Shown here piece after piece: positions 26,812 to 36,509 of a stretch of 46,334 nucleotides of DNA (its first letter is position 1; each line of letters begins with the position of its first letter). Both the position numbers and the translations under genes were made by a program. Source of the stretch: Candidatus Gottesmanbacteria bacterium. Its GTDB lineage: Bacteria; Patescibacteriota; Microgenomatia; UBA10105; UBA927. The stretch is taken from contig CAIJMI010000002.1 in NCBI GenBank assembly GCA_903821745.1, positions 1-46,334 on the forward strand, given 5' to 3'. The notes beneath the pieces are model-generated. The model was not told the origin of the DNA. It saw nothing but the letters and a program-made list of their open reading frames with translations, and did no database searches.

Positions 26812-27175
26812 TAACAAATTTATGATTGGTTTTTTCATCGGTGGCTTGATTGGCGCAGGGCTCATGTTTCTCATGGGAACAAAAGAAGGAAAAAAAGTTG
26901 AAAAGATGATTGAGAAAAAAGGAAAAGAAACACTTGATGATTTGGAAGAGAAAGTGGATGAGTTAAAAGAAAAAGGAGAAGAACTCATCAAAAAAGGTGA
27001 AGCAATTAAAGAACAGTTCATGGAACAGATTGAAGACAAAAAAGAAGATTTGACTGAGGAAGCATCAAAACGACTTGATAATGCACTTGCAAGTGTTGTT
27101 GAAGTTCAGGAAAAAGGAGTAACAGCAACAACAAATCTCCGCAAGAGACTGTTTAAGAACGTTCCAAAACGGTAA
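26795..27175 (+). CDS. YtxH-like protein
   Basis: FMIGFFIGGLIGAGLMFLMGTKEGKK followed by a charged coiled coil. Confidence 0.8.
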   Translation: MNENRDNKFMIGFFIGGLIGAGLMFLMGTKEGKKVEKMIEKKGKETLDDLEEKVDELKEKGEELIKKGEAIKEQFMEQIEDKKEDLTEEASKRLDNALASVVEVQEKGVTATTNLRKRLFKNVPKR

Positions 27176-27193
27176 CACTCAAACTTCGGTTGA

Positions 27194-27202
27194 TGATATA
27201 AT
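27194..27202 (+). promoter_or_regulatory. Extended -10 leaderless-type promoter of alaS
   Basis: TGATATAAT, then 6 nt to ATG 27209. Confidence 0.65.
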
Positions 27203-27208
27203 CGCATC

Positions 27209-29074
27209 ATGACTGCAAATGAGATCCGTGCAAAATATCTTTCCTTTTTTCAAAGTACACCACGAAATCATGTGTTGATTCCATCTGCTCCTCTTGTTCC
27301 TGAAAATGATCCGACCACGCTGTTTAATAGTGCAGGAATGCAGCCACTAATTCCGTATCTTTTGGGGCAACCACACCCACAGGGAAAACGCCTGACAAAC
27401 AGTCAAAAATCATTTCGCAGCCAGGATATTGAAGAAGTGGGAGATAACCGGCACATGACATTTTTTGAAATGTTAGGAAATTGGTCACTCGGTGACTATT
27501 TTAAAAAAGAACAACTTCCATGGATCTATGAATTTTTAACAAAAGAATTAGGCCTTGATGCAAAACGGATATATGTATCCGTTTTTAGCGGAAATGAGAA
27601 TGTTGCAAAAGACGAGGAATCAATTGCGATTTGGAAACATCTAGGTATTCCGGAAGATCATATTTTTTCATATGACGCAAAAAAGAATTGGTGGAGTAGA
27701 TCCGGAACACCAGAAAAAATGAATGCCGGGGAACCGGGTGGACCGGATAGTGAAATTTTTTATGATTTTGGTGAGGAACTGCATCTTCATGAACAATCTC
27801 CATACAAAAATGAAAAATGTCATCCAAACTGCGATTGCGGTAGATTTTTGGAAATTGGAAATTCCGTGTTCATGCAATATAAAAAACTTGCAGACGGATC
27901 ACTGGAAGAACTGCCGCAAAGAAACGTAGATTTTGGAGGAGGTCTTGAGCGGCTCAATGCTGCAGTTAATAATACGCGTGATGTTTTTACAACGGATAGT
28001 TTTTCTGCAATTATCACGATTATTTCCAAAGCAACAAAAAAAGAATACGGAAAAGATGAGGAAGAAACACGGGCAATGCGGATAATTGCAGATCACATGC
28101 GGGGAGCCGTCATGATGATTGCCGATGGGGTATATCCAAGCAACAAACAACAGGGATATGTGCTGCGTCGCCTTATCCGCCGTTCTATGTTGTATGCAAA
28201 AAAACTTGGCGTATGGGGTGATTGGGGATTTGTCAAATCGCTCGTTGCCCCGGTTGCCATGCAATACAAAAGCGCGTATCCATCCGTTCTTGAACAACAA
28301 GAAAAAATAGAAACCGTACTTGTTGATGAAGCAGGACGATTTGGCAAAACCGTCGAAAAAGGATTAAAAGAAATTGAAAAAATGGAAACCGTTGATGGAA
28401 AACAGGCATTTTTGCTGTACGAAACCTACGGATTTCCATGGGAATTAACGGAAGAAATTGCTGTTTCAAAAGGACAGAAGATTAATAGAGAGGAATTTGA
28501 AGAAGCATTTAAAAAACATCAGGCGCTGTCAAGAACTGCATCCGTTGGAATGTTTAAAGGCGGTCTTGCGGATCATTCCGTTGAAACGACAAAGCTGCAT
28601 ACAGCAACACATTTGTTGCATGCATCCCTTCGTAAAGTGTTAGGGACGCATATCGGACAAAAAGGAAGCAATATTACAGTTGAACGGTTGCGGTTTGATT
28701 TTTCACATCCAGAAAAAATAACACCGGAACAACTGATGGAAATTGAACGACTCGTGAATGCTGCAATTTCCGAAAATCTTGAAGTAACGATGAAGGAAAT
28801 GAACAAAGAAGAATCGCTCACGAGTGGCGCACTCGGATTTTTTGTAGAAAAATACGGCGACAGGGTAAAAGTATATACCGTTGGTGATCCAAACGGTGCA
28901 TATTTTAGCCGCGAAATTTGCGGCGGACCGCACGTTTCCTTTACAGGGGAGTTGGGTCACTTTACAATAGATAAAGAGGAGTCTGCGGGAGCCGGTATAC
29001 GCCGGATTTATGGACATCTCGAAAAAAGCAATGAAAATAACGCAACAGTTACAGCATCTCTTTCATCCAAATAA
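27209..29074 (+). CDS. alaS: Alanine--tRNA ligase (short form lacking C-Ala domain)
   Basis: DPTTLFNSAGMQPL, TFFEMLGNWSLGDYFK, GYVLRRLIRR, editing motifs HTATHLLH and EICGGPHV. Confidence 0.97.
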   Translation: MTANEIRAKYLSFFQSTPRNHVLIPSAPLVPENDPTTLFNSAGMQPLIPYLLGQPHPQGKRLTNSQKSFRSQDIEEVGDNRHMTFFEMLGNWSLGDYFKKEQLPWIYEFLTKELGLDAKRIYVSVFSGNENVAKDEESIAIWKHLGIPEDHIFSYDAKKNWWSRSGTPEKMNAGEPGGPDSEIFYDFGEELHLHEQSPYKNEKCHPNCDCGRFLEIGNSVFMQYKKLADGSLEELPQRNVDFGGGLERLNAAVNNTRDVFTTDSFSAIITIISKATKKEYGKDEEETRAMRIIADHMRGAVMMIADGVYPSNKQQGYVLRRLIRRSMLYAKKLGVWGDWGFVKSLVAPVAMQYKSAYPSVLEQQEKIETVLVDEAGRFGKTVEKGLKEIEKMETVDGKQAFLLYETYGFPWELTEEIAVSKGQKINREEFEEAFKKHQALSRTASVGMFKGGLADHSVETTKLHTATHLLHASLRKVLGTHIGQKGSNITVERLRFDFSHPEKITPEQLMEIERLVNAAISENLEVTMKEMNKEESLTSGALGFFVEKYGDRVKVYTVGDPNGAYFSREICGGPHVSFTGELGHFTIDKEESAGAGIRRIYGHLEKSNENNATVTASLSSK

Positions 29075-31355
29075 ACCCCAAGTGAAGGAATTGTATCTTT
29101 CTTTGACGATATTGCATCAGCACATTGCTGGATGCACCTGGTCGATTGGTCAAGATGAAGTGCTTGAGGTTGTGAGCTGTGACTCTGCAGACAGTCTGGA
29201 TACATCCTGGGCAAAACGGATTGAAGCTGCGGATGATGTTTTAGGCAAACTGCAGGATGCCAGTGGAACAGACAATATTCATAATACCGTTTTAGGATTT
29301 GCTCCAGAATTTTTGAGTAAGGAAGGAAATATCTCCCATGCAATCCGTCCTGATTTAAAACGGTTAACAACCATGCTGGAATTAAAACCGGTTGGTTTTG
29401 TAAGTGTTGATACGGCAATTATTTTTCAGATTAAACATGAAGAAGGAGTTCCGCCAAGTGTGATTCTCCTTGATGTGACAGGAGAGACACTGGAAGTTTC
29501 CTTATATCGGGTTGGTGCATGTGTCGGGAGCCGGTCAGTCAAGGTGAGTGAATTTATTGTTGAGGATGTTGAGACCGCAATAAAAAGTTTTCCGGACATG
29601 GAAATTCTTCCGTCTCGGATGATTTTATATGGTGCAGGAAAAGAAATACTTGAAAATATTAAATCACAATTATTGACGCATCAATGGACCAGTCGGGCAA
29701 ATTTTCTTCATTATCCGACAATCGATATATTTTCTTTTGATGATATTTCTCACGCGGTTGCGCTTGCTGGAGCGAGCGAACTGACAGCAACTTTTGTTGA
29801 AGAAAAAATAGAAGAACAGGCAAGTATAGGAGAAGAAGAGGAAGACGGAGAAACTATTGCGACGGTCATTGCCCAACAGGGGCAGACACAAGATGAACCA
29901 CCAACAATGACTGAGGAGACACTGAAAGAAATTGACGTGATACCACAGGAAGAACCAAAAGAAGAACAAGACCAGCCAGAAGAGGAAGAGACGCTTCCTG
30001 AGGTAACACTGGATGATGCAAATGTTGTTCCCGTTGCTGCGGAAGAATTTGGATTCCATTCCGGAAAAGATGTCCTTTCGGAGCCAGAAGAAGAATCAAG
30101 AAAAGAAGAACAGCAAATAAAAAAACCAATGGCAGTTTTGGCTGTTGGGAAAAATATTTCAGAGACTGTGAAGTCTTTCTTTTCAAAGATTCAAGGAATA
30201 CATCTTGCAAAAAGCAAATCCCATTTTCCTATTTTTCCGGTTGTTGGTATTGCCATTGCGGTGTTTGGGATTCTCGGTACATTGTATTATTTCCTTCCAA
30301 AAGCAACTGTGACGCTTACGGTTGTTCCAAATACAGTAAAGAAAGAAAAAACCATTACAATTTCAACGGCAGCTGCCGCAGTTGATGGGACAAAGTTTAT
30401 AGTTCCCGGTAAAAAATTAGAGCAATCCGTGTCCGGAGAAAAAGTATCGCCCGTGACAGGCAAAAAACGAATTGGGGATCCTGCAAAAGGTACTGTAGTT
30501 GTGTACAACAAAGCGGTTGCATCCAAAACCTTGAAAAAAGGAACAGTGCTCGTTGGTAACACGTTGCAATTTACGCTGGATAGTGATGTAGATGTCGCAT
30601 CAGCCAGCGAATCAATTGGGTCAATCACATTTGGAAAAGCAACAGCCGCGGTGACAGCTGCGGTGATCGGGGAAGAAGGAAATCTTGCAGCAGGTGTTGA
30701 ATTTACGTTTAAAGATGTTTCATCAAGTGTTCTGATTGCAAGAAACGATCAGCCGTTTGTTGGAGGGAAAAGCCGTGAAACGACCGTCGTGTCACGTGCT
30801 GATTATGATGCAATGGTAAAAGCATTAACGGATGAGTTGGTCGTAAAAGCAAAAGCAGATTTATTAGCAGGTGTTGCAGGTGGAGAAAAAATGATTGATC
30901 AAACTATAAAAACGGCAGTTACCAGTAAAACCTTCACGGAAGAATTGGATCAGGAAGCAACACAACTTCATGGAAAAGTGACGATTACGATATCAGGTAT
31001 TTCTTACAGCGAACAGGATATTAAATCCATTCTTTTGTCTCTTGCACAGGCGGATATTCCAAGCGGGTATGTGATGAATGAAGGAAGAACAGTGGTGAGT
31101 GTTGATAATCCGGTGGTGAAAAAAGACGGAAATATTACAGCAACTGCATCAATCTCACTCGTATCCATTCCAAATATTGATGTGACAAAAATTCGCAGTG
31201 ATTTGGTCGGAAAAAATTCAAAAAATGTGGAAGCGATATTTAAAAATATTGCAGGAATCGGTAGTGCGGAATTTTTGTTTTCGCGTTCGATGATTAAAAA
31301 TAGATTTCCGATCAACCCTAAAAACATTCGTATTGATGTCGTTGTTGGTCAGTAA
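29031..31355 (+). CDS. Large single-pass membrane protein with C-terminal baseplate J-like region
   Basis: About 260-aa N-domain, acidic linker, TM (PVVGIAIAVFGILGTLYYFLP), then AKGTVVVYN...LKKGTVL...VTAAVIGEEGNL...FVGG, which resembles baseplate J/gp47. Start may be 29010 or 29031. Confidence 0.65.
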   Translation: MKITQQLQHLFHPNKPQVKELYLSLTILHQHIAGCTWSIGQDEVLEVVSCDSADSLDTSWAKRIEAADDVLGKLQDASGTDNIHNTVLGFAPEFLSKEGNISHAIRPDLKRLTTMLELKPVGFVSVDTAIIFQIKHEEGVPPSVILLDVTGETLEVSLYRVGACVGSRSVKVSEFIVEDVETAIKSFPDMEILPSRMILYGAGKEILENIKSQLLTHQWTSRANFLHYPTIDIFSFDDISHAVALAGASELTATFVEEKIEEQASIGEEEEDGETIATVIAQQGQTQDEPPTMTEETLKEIDVIPQEEPKEEQDQPEEEETLPEVTLDDANVVPVAAEEFGFHSGKDVLSEPEEESRKEEQQIKKPMAVLAVGKNISETVKSFFSKIQGIHLAKSKSHFPIFPVVGIAIAVFGILGTLYYFLPKATVTLTVVPNTVKKEKTITISTAAAAVDGTKFIVPGKKLEQSVSGEKVSPVTGKKRIGDPAKGTVVVYNKAVASKTLKKGTVLVGNTLQFTLDSDVDVASASESIGSITFGKATAAVTAAVIGEEGNLAAGVEFTFKDVSSSVLIARNDQPFVGGKSRETTVVSRADYDAMVKALTDELVVKAKADLLAGVAGGEKMIDQTIKTAVTSKTFTEELDQEATQLHGKVTITISGISYSEQDIKSILLSLAQADIPSGYVMNEGRTVVSVDNPVVKKDGNITATASISLVSIPNIDVTKIRSDLVGKNSKNVEAIFKNIAGIGSAEFLFSRSMIKNRFPINPKNIRIDVVVGQ

Positions 31356-31357
31356 GT

Positions 31358-32062
31358 ATGCCATTGTATCGTTATGTAAAACATGTTCCTAAAGCACCGG
31401 TTCGTCGGTCTACTATCGTATCCTTTATTTTTATGGGACTCGGATTTGGGATTCTTGCATGGACCATATGGCCAATTATTGCATTTAGTGCAGTTACGGA
31501 AGGGGTGCTTGCAAAAACAGTTTCCCCAATTGCCGCATCTGCATTTAGTACAACACAAATGATTGCAGGTGTTGTCCAAGCAGCAGATTCAGAAAATCCG
31601 AGTTCTTGGTACCCGACGCGACCTCAAAAAAAGATAACCGCTGGAGTAAATATATACACCATAACAGTTCCTAAATTACGTATTGCGAATGCAAATGTAA
31701 TTGTATCTGGAGATGATTTAGCCGTAAGTTTGATTCATTATGGTGGAACACCACTTCCGGGTCAGTATGGAAACGCGGTGGTATTTGGCCATTCCACGTT
31801 GCCACAATTTTATAATCCAGCAAATTACCATTCAATTTTTTCAACCCTTCCTTCGATGGAAATTGGGGATATAGCAACAGTGTCTGTTGATGGCATTGAA
31901 TATGTGTTTAAAGTATTTGATAAAGTTGTGGTTGAACCGACGGATTTAACGCCACTTGAGCAAAAATTTGATGATTCCTATCTGACGCTGGTTACCTGTG
32001 TTCCTCCAGGAACAATGTGGAAACGGTTAAATGTGAAAATGCGGTTGGTAAAAAATATATGA
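31358..32062 (+). CDS. Sortase
   Basis: N-terminal TM; catalytic triad GNAVVFGHS (His), LTLVTC (Cys), KR (Arg). Confidence 0.92.
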   Translation: MPLYRYVKHVPKAPVRRSTIVSFIFMGLGFGILAWTIWPIIAFSAVTEGVLAKTVSPIAASAFSTTQMIAGVVQAADSENPSSWYPTRPQKKITAGVNIYTITVPKLRIANANVIVSGDDLAVSLIHYGGTPLPGQYGNAVVFGHSTLPQFYNPANYHSIFSTLPSMEIGDIATVSVDGIEYVFKVFDKVVVEPTDLTPLEQKFDDSYLTLVTCVPPGTMWKRLNVKMRLVKNI

Positions 32063-33318
32063 GTGACACAAATAATGATATAGCGGTGGAAGCAATTAAA
32101 AAAAAGCTGCTTGGAAAAAAATTAACCTATCGGGAGATATTGTCCATTATGGATGAAATATCCCATGAACGGTTAGGACCGGTTTTAACTACGTATTTTA
32201 CTGCAGCAGGATTTAAAGAAGGGTTTTCTCCTGAAGAATTATATTTTATGACCAAGGCAATGGTGGACACCGGAGAAAAGCTGCATTTTAAAGGCATCGT
32301 TGCGGATAAGCATAGTACCGGTGGTGTTGCTGGAACCCGGACAACCATGATTTTGGTTCCGATTGTTGCAGCCGCCGGATTTTTAATCCCAAAAAATTCA
32401 ACGCGCGCAATTACTGCTCCTGCAGGAACTGCAGACACGATGGAGGTCGTAGCTCCAGTTACATTTGATGCCCCGCAAATACAAAAAATTGTGCACGATG
32501 TTGGCGGATGTATTGTGTGGGGAGGACATTTAGGACTGGCACCAGCAGATGATGTGATTATTGAAATTGAACAACCGCTTGCATTTGAATCATTTGATAA
32601 AGTGATCGTATCTATTATGGCAAAAAAAATTGCCGTTGGCGCTACACATATCGTCATCGATATTCCAGTCGGACCCACGATGAAGATTCAGCATTTTGCT
32701 GATGCAGAAGCCATCGGGAAAAAATTCACGTACCTAGCAAAAAAATTTGACATGAATATTGTTATCGATATTAATGAAACCTACCAAAACGCAGGGTTTG
32801 GTGTCGGACCGGTTCTTGAAGCGCACGATGTGTTTGAAGTGTTGGAACAACAATCTTGCCGTTCGCTAACACTTGAAGCAAAAGCATTGCGGTTGTCAGG
32901 AAAACTTTTAAATCTTTGTATTGCAGACACTCCGAAGATGAAAGGAATAAATGGAGAAGAACTTGCAAAAGAGCTGTTAATATCGGGAAAAGCATTGGCA
33001 AAAATGCGTGAAATTATCCGGGCGCAGGGCGGAAATCCCGATGTGGAAAGTGTCGATTTGGTGGCAGGAAAAGAACAATTTGAATTTCCGGCACCCAAAA
33101 AAGGAAGAATAACAAAGATAGATAATAAAGAAATTAGTATGATCTGTCGAATCTTAGGTTGTCCCACAGATAAGAAGGCTGGAATGTTTTTGAACCGAAA
33201 ACTTGAAGAACATGTGGATAAAGGTGATATACTATGCACATTGTATAGTCAGGATGCATACAGGTTAAAAGAAGCAGTAGAAACAATAAAGCACATTCCG
33301 ATTTATACAATCGACTAA
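32059..33318 (+). CDS. AMP phosphorylase-like protein (thymidine phosphorylase family)
   Basis: DKHSTGGVAGTRTT, PKNSTRAITAPAGTADTMEVVAPV, GCIVWGGHLGLAPADD, SIMAKKIAVG; start ATG 32059 overlaps the sortase stop (ATGA). Confidence 0.85.
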   Translation: MSDTNNDIAVEAIKKKLLGKKLTYREILSIMDEISHERLGPVLTTYFTAAGFKEGFSPEELYFMTKAMVDTGEKLHFKGIVADKHSTGGVAGTRTTMILVPIVAAAGFLIPKNSTRAITAPAGTADTMEVVAPVTFDAPQIQKIVHDVGGCIVWGGHLGLAPADDVIIEIEQPLAFESFDKVIVSIMAKKIAVGATHIVIDIPVGPTMKIQHFADAEAIGKKFTYLAKKFDMNIVIDINETYQNAGFGVGPVLEAHDVFEVLEQQSCRSLTLEAKALRLSGKLLNLCIADTPKMKGINGEELAKELLISGKALAKMREIIRAQGGNPDVESVDLVAGKEQFEFPAPKKGRITKIDNKEISMICRILGCPTDKKAGMFLNRKLEEHVDKGDILCTLYSQDAYRLKEAVETIKHIPIYTID

Positions 33319-33323
33319 TACGT

Positions 33324-33515
33324 ATGTTTAAAAATATCATTGGACCGGTACAAGCATGGCTTCTCTCTCAGGGAAAGTGTGTGGGGTGTGGGAAAGAACT
33401 ATCCAAACCGCAGGGGCAAGGATATATTCAGGTCACGTGTGAATGCGGTCGTATTTATATGTACGACGCAGGTGCAAACAAATATAGGAGAGCAACACTC
33501 GATGAAGTCAAATAA
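33324..33515 (+). CDS. Small putative Zn-binding protein
   Basis: 63 aa with CVGC and CxC; fits between neighbours with 5-nt and 7-nt gaps. Confidence 0.7.
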   Translation: MFKNIIGPVQAWLLSQGKCVGCGKELSKPQGQGYIQVTCECGRIYMYDAGANKYRRATLDEVK

Positions 33516-33522
33516 TACATTC

Positions 33523-34482
33523 ATGACCCGTGTCTTTATTTTCTGTGCAGTGCTGCTGTTTGCAATAGCAGGGGGTCTTTCCTGGTGGAAAAATGCGATG
33601 GGTCCAGTTGATGAAAAAGATACAACTCCCGTAAGCTTCGTTGTTCCAAGCGGTCAAGGAACCAAAGAAATATCAAAGCGTTTAGCAACCGTTGGGTTAG
33701 TGAGAAGTCAAATCGGATTTTATATTCTTGTTCGTTTTTTTAATATCAACGGACAGATACAGGCAGGCGATTTCAGGCTCAATAAAGCAATGGATGCTAG
33801 AACCATTGCCAAAGAATTAACGCGCGGCATGATGGATGTGTGGGTGACCATTCCTGAAGGTTGGCGGGATGAAGAAATCGCAACAACCATCGCAAAAGAT
33901 TTAAATATTCCAGAAAAAGAATTTTTATCTTTGGCAAAAGAAGGGTACATGTTTCCAGACACCTATTCCATTCCCCAGGATGCAACAACGGGTGCAATTG
34001 TGAAGTTGTTACAGGACACGTTTTATCAAAAGGTAACGCCTCAGATGATTGCTGATGCTAAAAAAGCAGGTCTTTCTCTCCAATCGGTTGTTACAATCGC
34101 TTCCCTTGTAGAACGGGAAGGAAAAACGAGTCAGGATCGTCCGGTGATAGCGGGAATTTTGTTAAATAGACTGAATCAGGATTGGCCGCTTCAGGTTGAT
34201 GCAACACTACAATATATTTTAGGATATCAGGTAAAAGATAAAACCTGGTGGAAAAAAGAATTAACAGAAGAAGATAAGGCAATTGAATCTCCATACAATA
34301 CCTATAAATATGCTGGACTTCCACCAACGCCAATTGCAAATCCCGGAATCGAAGCTATAAAAGCCGTCATTTATCCGACAAAGACGGAGTATATGTTCTA
34401 TATTCACGACAAAGCTGGTGGAGCGCACTACGCAAAAACAATCGAAGAACATGAAAAAAATGTTGCAAACTATTTACGGTAA
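33523..34482 (+). CDS. mltG: Endolytic transglycosylase MltG (copy 1)
   Basis: VTIPEGW, EGYMFPDTY, ASLVERE, LQVDAT, SPYNTYKYAGLPPTPIANPG; start set at ATG 33523. Confidence 0.95.
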   Translation: MTRVFIFCAVLLFAIAGGLSWWKNAMGPVDEKDTTPVSFVVPSGQGTKEISKRLATVGLVRSQIGFYILVRFFNINGQIQAGDFRLNKAMDARTIAKELTRGMMDVWVTIPEGWRDEEIATTIAKDLNIPEKEFLSLAKEGYMFPDTYSIPQDATTGAIVKLLQDTFYQKVTPQMIADAKKAGLSLQSVVTIASLVEREGKTSQDRPVIAGILLNRLNQDWPLQVDATLQYILGYQVKDKTWWKKELTEEDKAIESPYNTYKYAGLPPTPIANPGIEAIKAVIYPTKTEYMFYIHDKAGGAHYAKTIEEHEKNVANYLR

Positions 34483-34485
34483 GAC

Positions 34486-36171
34486 ATGAAACGATTGGTT
34501 TCTCGCATTCCACTTTTCTTTCTGTATTTTTTTGTTGTTTTCCAATCCGTCAAGGCAGAAAATGTTGCAACATTCCAAACAACGATTGCTGTTGCAAGTG
34601 ATAGCTCCATGGTGGTGCAGGAAAAAATTCTGTACGATTTTGGTTCTCTATATCGTCATGGTATATACCGGAGTATTCCATATACAAAAACGAATACGGA
34701 TAACGTGGTATATAAATTAGGAATTGATCAAATAACAGTCCGTGATGATCAAGATCGTGCATACCCCTTTACCAAAAGTACCACAAACGGATATGTAAAA
34801 CTACAAATTGGTGATGCAAATAAAACCATAACAGGAATGCATCAATATAGAATTGGATATATGGTAAACGGTGCGTTTGTTCCGTTTTCTGATCATGATG
34901 AACTCTACTGGAATATTACCGGGAATGAATGGGAGGTCTCTATTGAAAAAACAAAAGCAACAATTTTACTTCCATTTGTTACGGCAAAGGAAAATATGCA
35001 GCTGGCCTGTTTTACCGGAGTAAAAGGAAGTACGGTATCAGATTGTCATATGACATATGATAACGGTGAAGTAATCGTTTCAACAACAGATGTGTTGGAA
35101 GTAGGAGAAGGGTTAACAGTGGTAATTGGATTTCCAAAAGGGCTCATGACTATAACGGAAGCAAAAAAGGTAAATACGTGGTTTTCCGATCTTATCGTTA
35201 AAATTGTTGCCTTTTTATCCGTTTGTTTAGCAATTATTTGGTATCTTGGATTACCGATTTGGATTATCGTGCATTGGATAAAAACAGGACGTGATCCAAA
35301 AGGAACCATTGGACAGGCGCATGTATGGTTTGATGTTCCAAAGACCGTTAAAGGTCGAGGATTAACACCGGGGGAAACGGGAACGCTGGTCGATGAGACA
35401 GTTGATATGAAGGATATTACGGCAACTTTTATTGACCTTGCGCGTAGGGGATATATAAAAATAATTGAAACCAAGAAGAATGATTTTTCCCTCGAACAAT
35501 TAAAAACATCGATCAAAGGAGATGTGTTACAGCCATTTGAAAAAACTTTATTGACCGGCGTGTTCCCAGGAACAACGTATACGATTCGGTTGAAAGATAC
35601 AAATTTCAGTTCAGTTGGTCAGGACATTAAAAATAAACTGTATGATGCAGTTGTTGATGAAGGGTTTTTTGCAAAAAATCCACAAAAAACAAGAACCATT
35701 TATACGGTGATTGCAGGTGTTGCTTTGTTTACCGGGAATATTGGGCTTGCCATTATTGCCTTCTTTTTTGGGCGGAAAATGCCAAAAAAGACGGTTGAAG
35801 GAGTCAATGTGGCAAATGTTGCAGGTGCCTTAAAAGGATTTATTGTGTCGCAGGACCGGCAGTACGCCTATCAGGCAAAAAAACAGATTTTCTTTGAAAA
35901 ATTCTTACCGTTTGCTGTTGTATTCGGCGTTGAAAAAATTTGGGCTGAGCGGTTTAAAGATTTGAATATTTCTCGGCCTGGTTGGTACGACACCTATGAT
36001 AATCGGGCATTTAACACCATGATTTTCATGAATAGCTTCGGTCACGGGTTTTCTTCCAGTGTGACCACGGCAGCTACTCCAACACGTTCATCATCCGGTT
36101 TTTCCTCAGGATTCGGGGGAGGCGGATTCTCCGGTGGAGGCGGTGGTGGAGGCGGTGGCGGAAGTTGGTAG
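34486..36171 (+). CDS. DUF2207-like membrane protein
   Basis: Signal peptide, HGIYRSIP, DELYWNITGNEW, GRDP, ATFIDLARRGYI, Gly/Ser tail GGGFSGGGGGGGGGGSW. Confidence 0.88.
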   Translation: MKRLVSRIPLFFLYFFVVFQSVKAENVATFQTTIAVASDSSMVVQEKILYDFGSLYRHGIYRSIPYTKTNTDNVVYKLGIDQITVRDDQDRAYPFTKSTTNGYVKLQIGDANKTITGMHQYRIGYMVNGAFVPFSDHDELYWNITGNEWEVSIEKTKATILLPFVTAKENMQLACFTGVKGSTVSDCHMTYDNGEVIVSTTDVLEVGEGLTVVIGFPKGLMTITEAKKVNTWFSDLIVKIVAFLSVCLAIIWYLGLPIWIIVHWIKTGRDPKGTIGQAHVWFDVPKTVKGRGLTPGETGTLVDETVDMKDITATFIDLARRGYIKIIETKKNDFSLEQLKTSIKGDVLQPFEKTLLTGVFPGTTYTIRLKDTNFSSVGQDIKNKLYDAVVDEGFFAKNPQKTRTIYTVIAGVALFTGNIGLAIIAFFFGRKMPKKTVEGVNVANVAGALKGFIVSQDRQYAYQAKKQIFFEKFLPFAVVFGVEKIWAERFKDLNISRPGWYDTYDNRAFNTMIFMNSFGHGFSSSVTTAATPTRSSSGFSSGFGGGGFSGGGGGGGGGGSW

Positions 36172-36226
36172 TCGCGTTTGGACCGTAAATAACGTATAAT
36201 GGTCAGTTGTATACGAAAGGAAAAAT

Positions 36227-36475
36227 ATGGCACGAATAGTTAAAAAAACAGCACAACAACCACATATCCTTGCTCCGACCGATCAGCCGGTGAAGATTTG
36301 TATGTGTGGATTATCAAAAAATCAGCCATTCTGTGATGGGTCACATTTGAAAACGCAGGATGAAAACAAAGACAAAACGTATAAATATAGCGACGATGGA
36401 TCGCGGAAGGAGGTGTGCGGGTGTTGCAGCGATGAAACAGGCGACTGCGAGTGCAAAGACTGTCAGTGTAAGTAA
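36227..36475 (+). CDS. CDGSH iron-sulfur domain protein with Cys-rich tail
   Basis: [16 protein letters not shown]; upstream TATAAT (36195-36200) and AAAGGA SD-like site. Confidence 0.9.
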   Translation: MARIVKKTAQQPHILAPTDQPVKICMCGLSKNQPFCDGSHLKTQDENKDKTYKYSDDGSRKEVCGCCSDETGDCECKDCQCK

Positions 36476-36509
36476 AGTAATAAAATTTTTATAGAAAGAA
36501 AAAATTAGT

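Noticed and set aside
29031-31355. Prophage or contractile injection system
   Set aside because: No integrase, terminase, capsid, sheath or tube genes; flanks are housekeeping genes.
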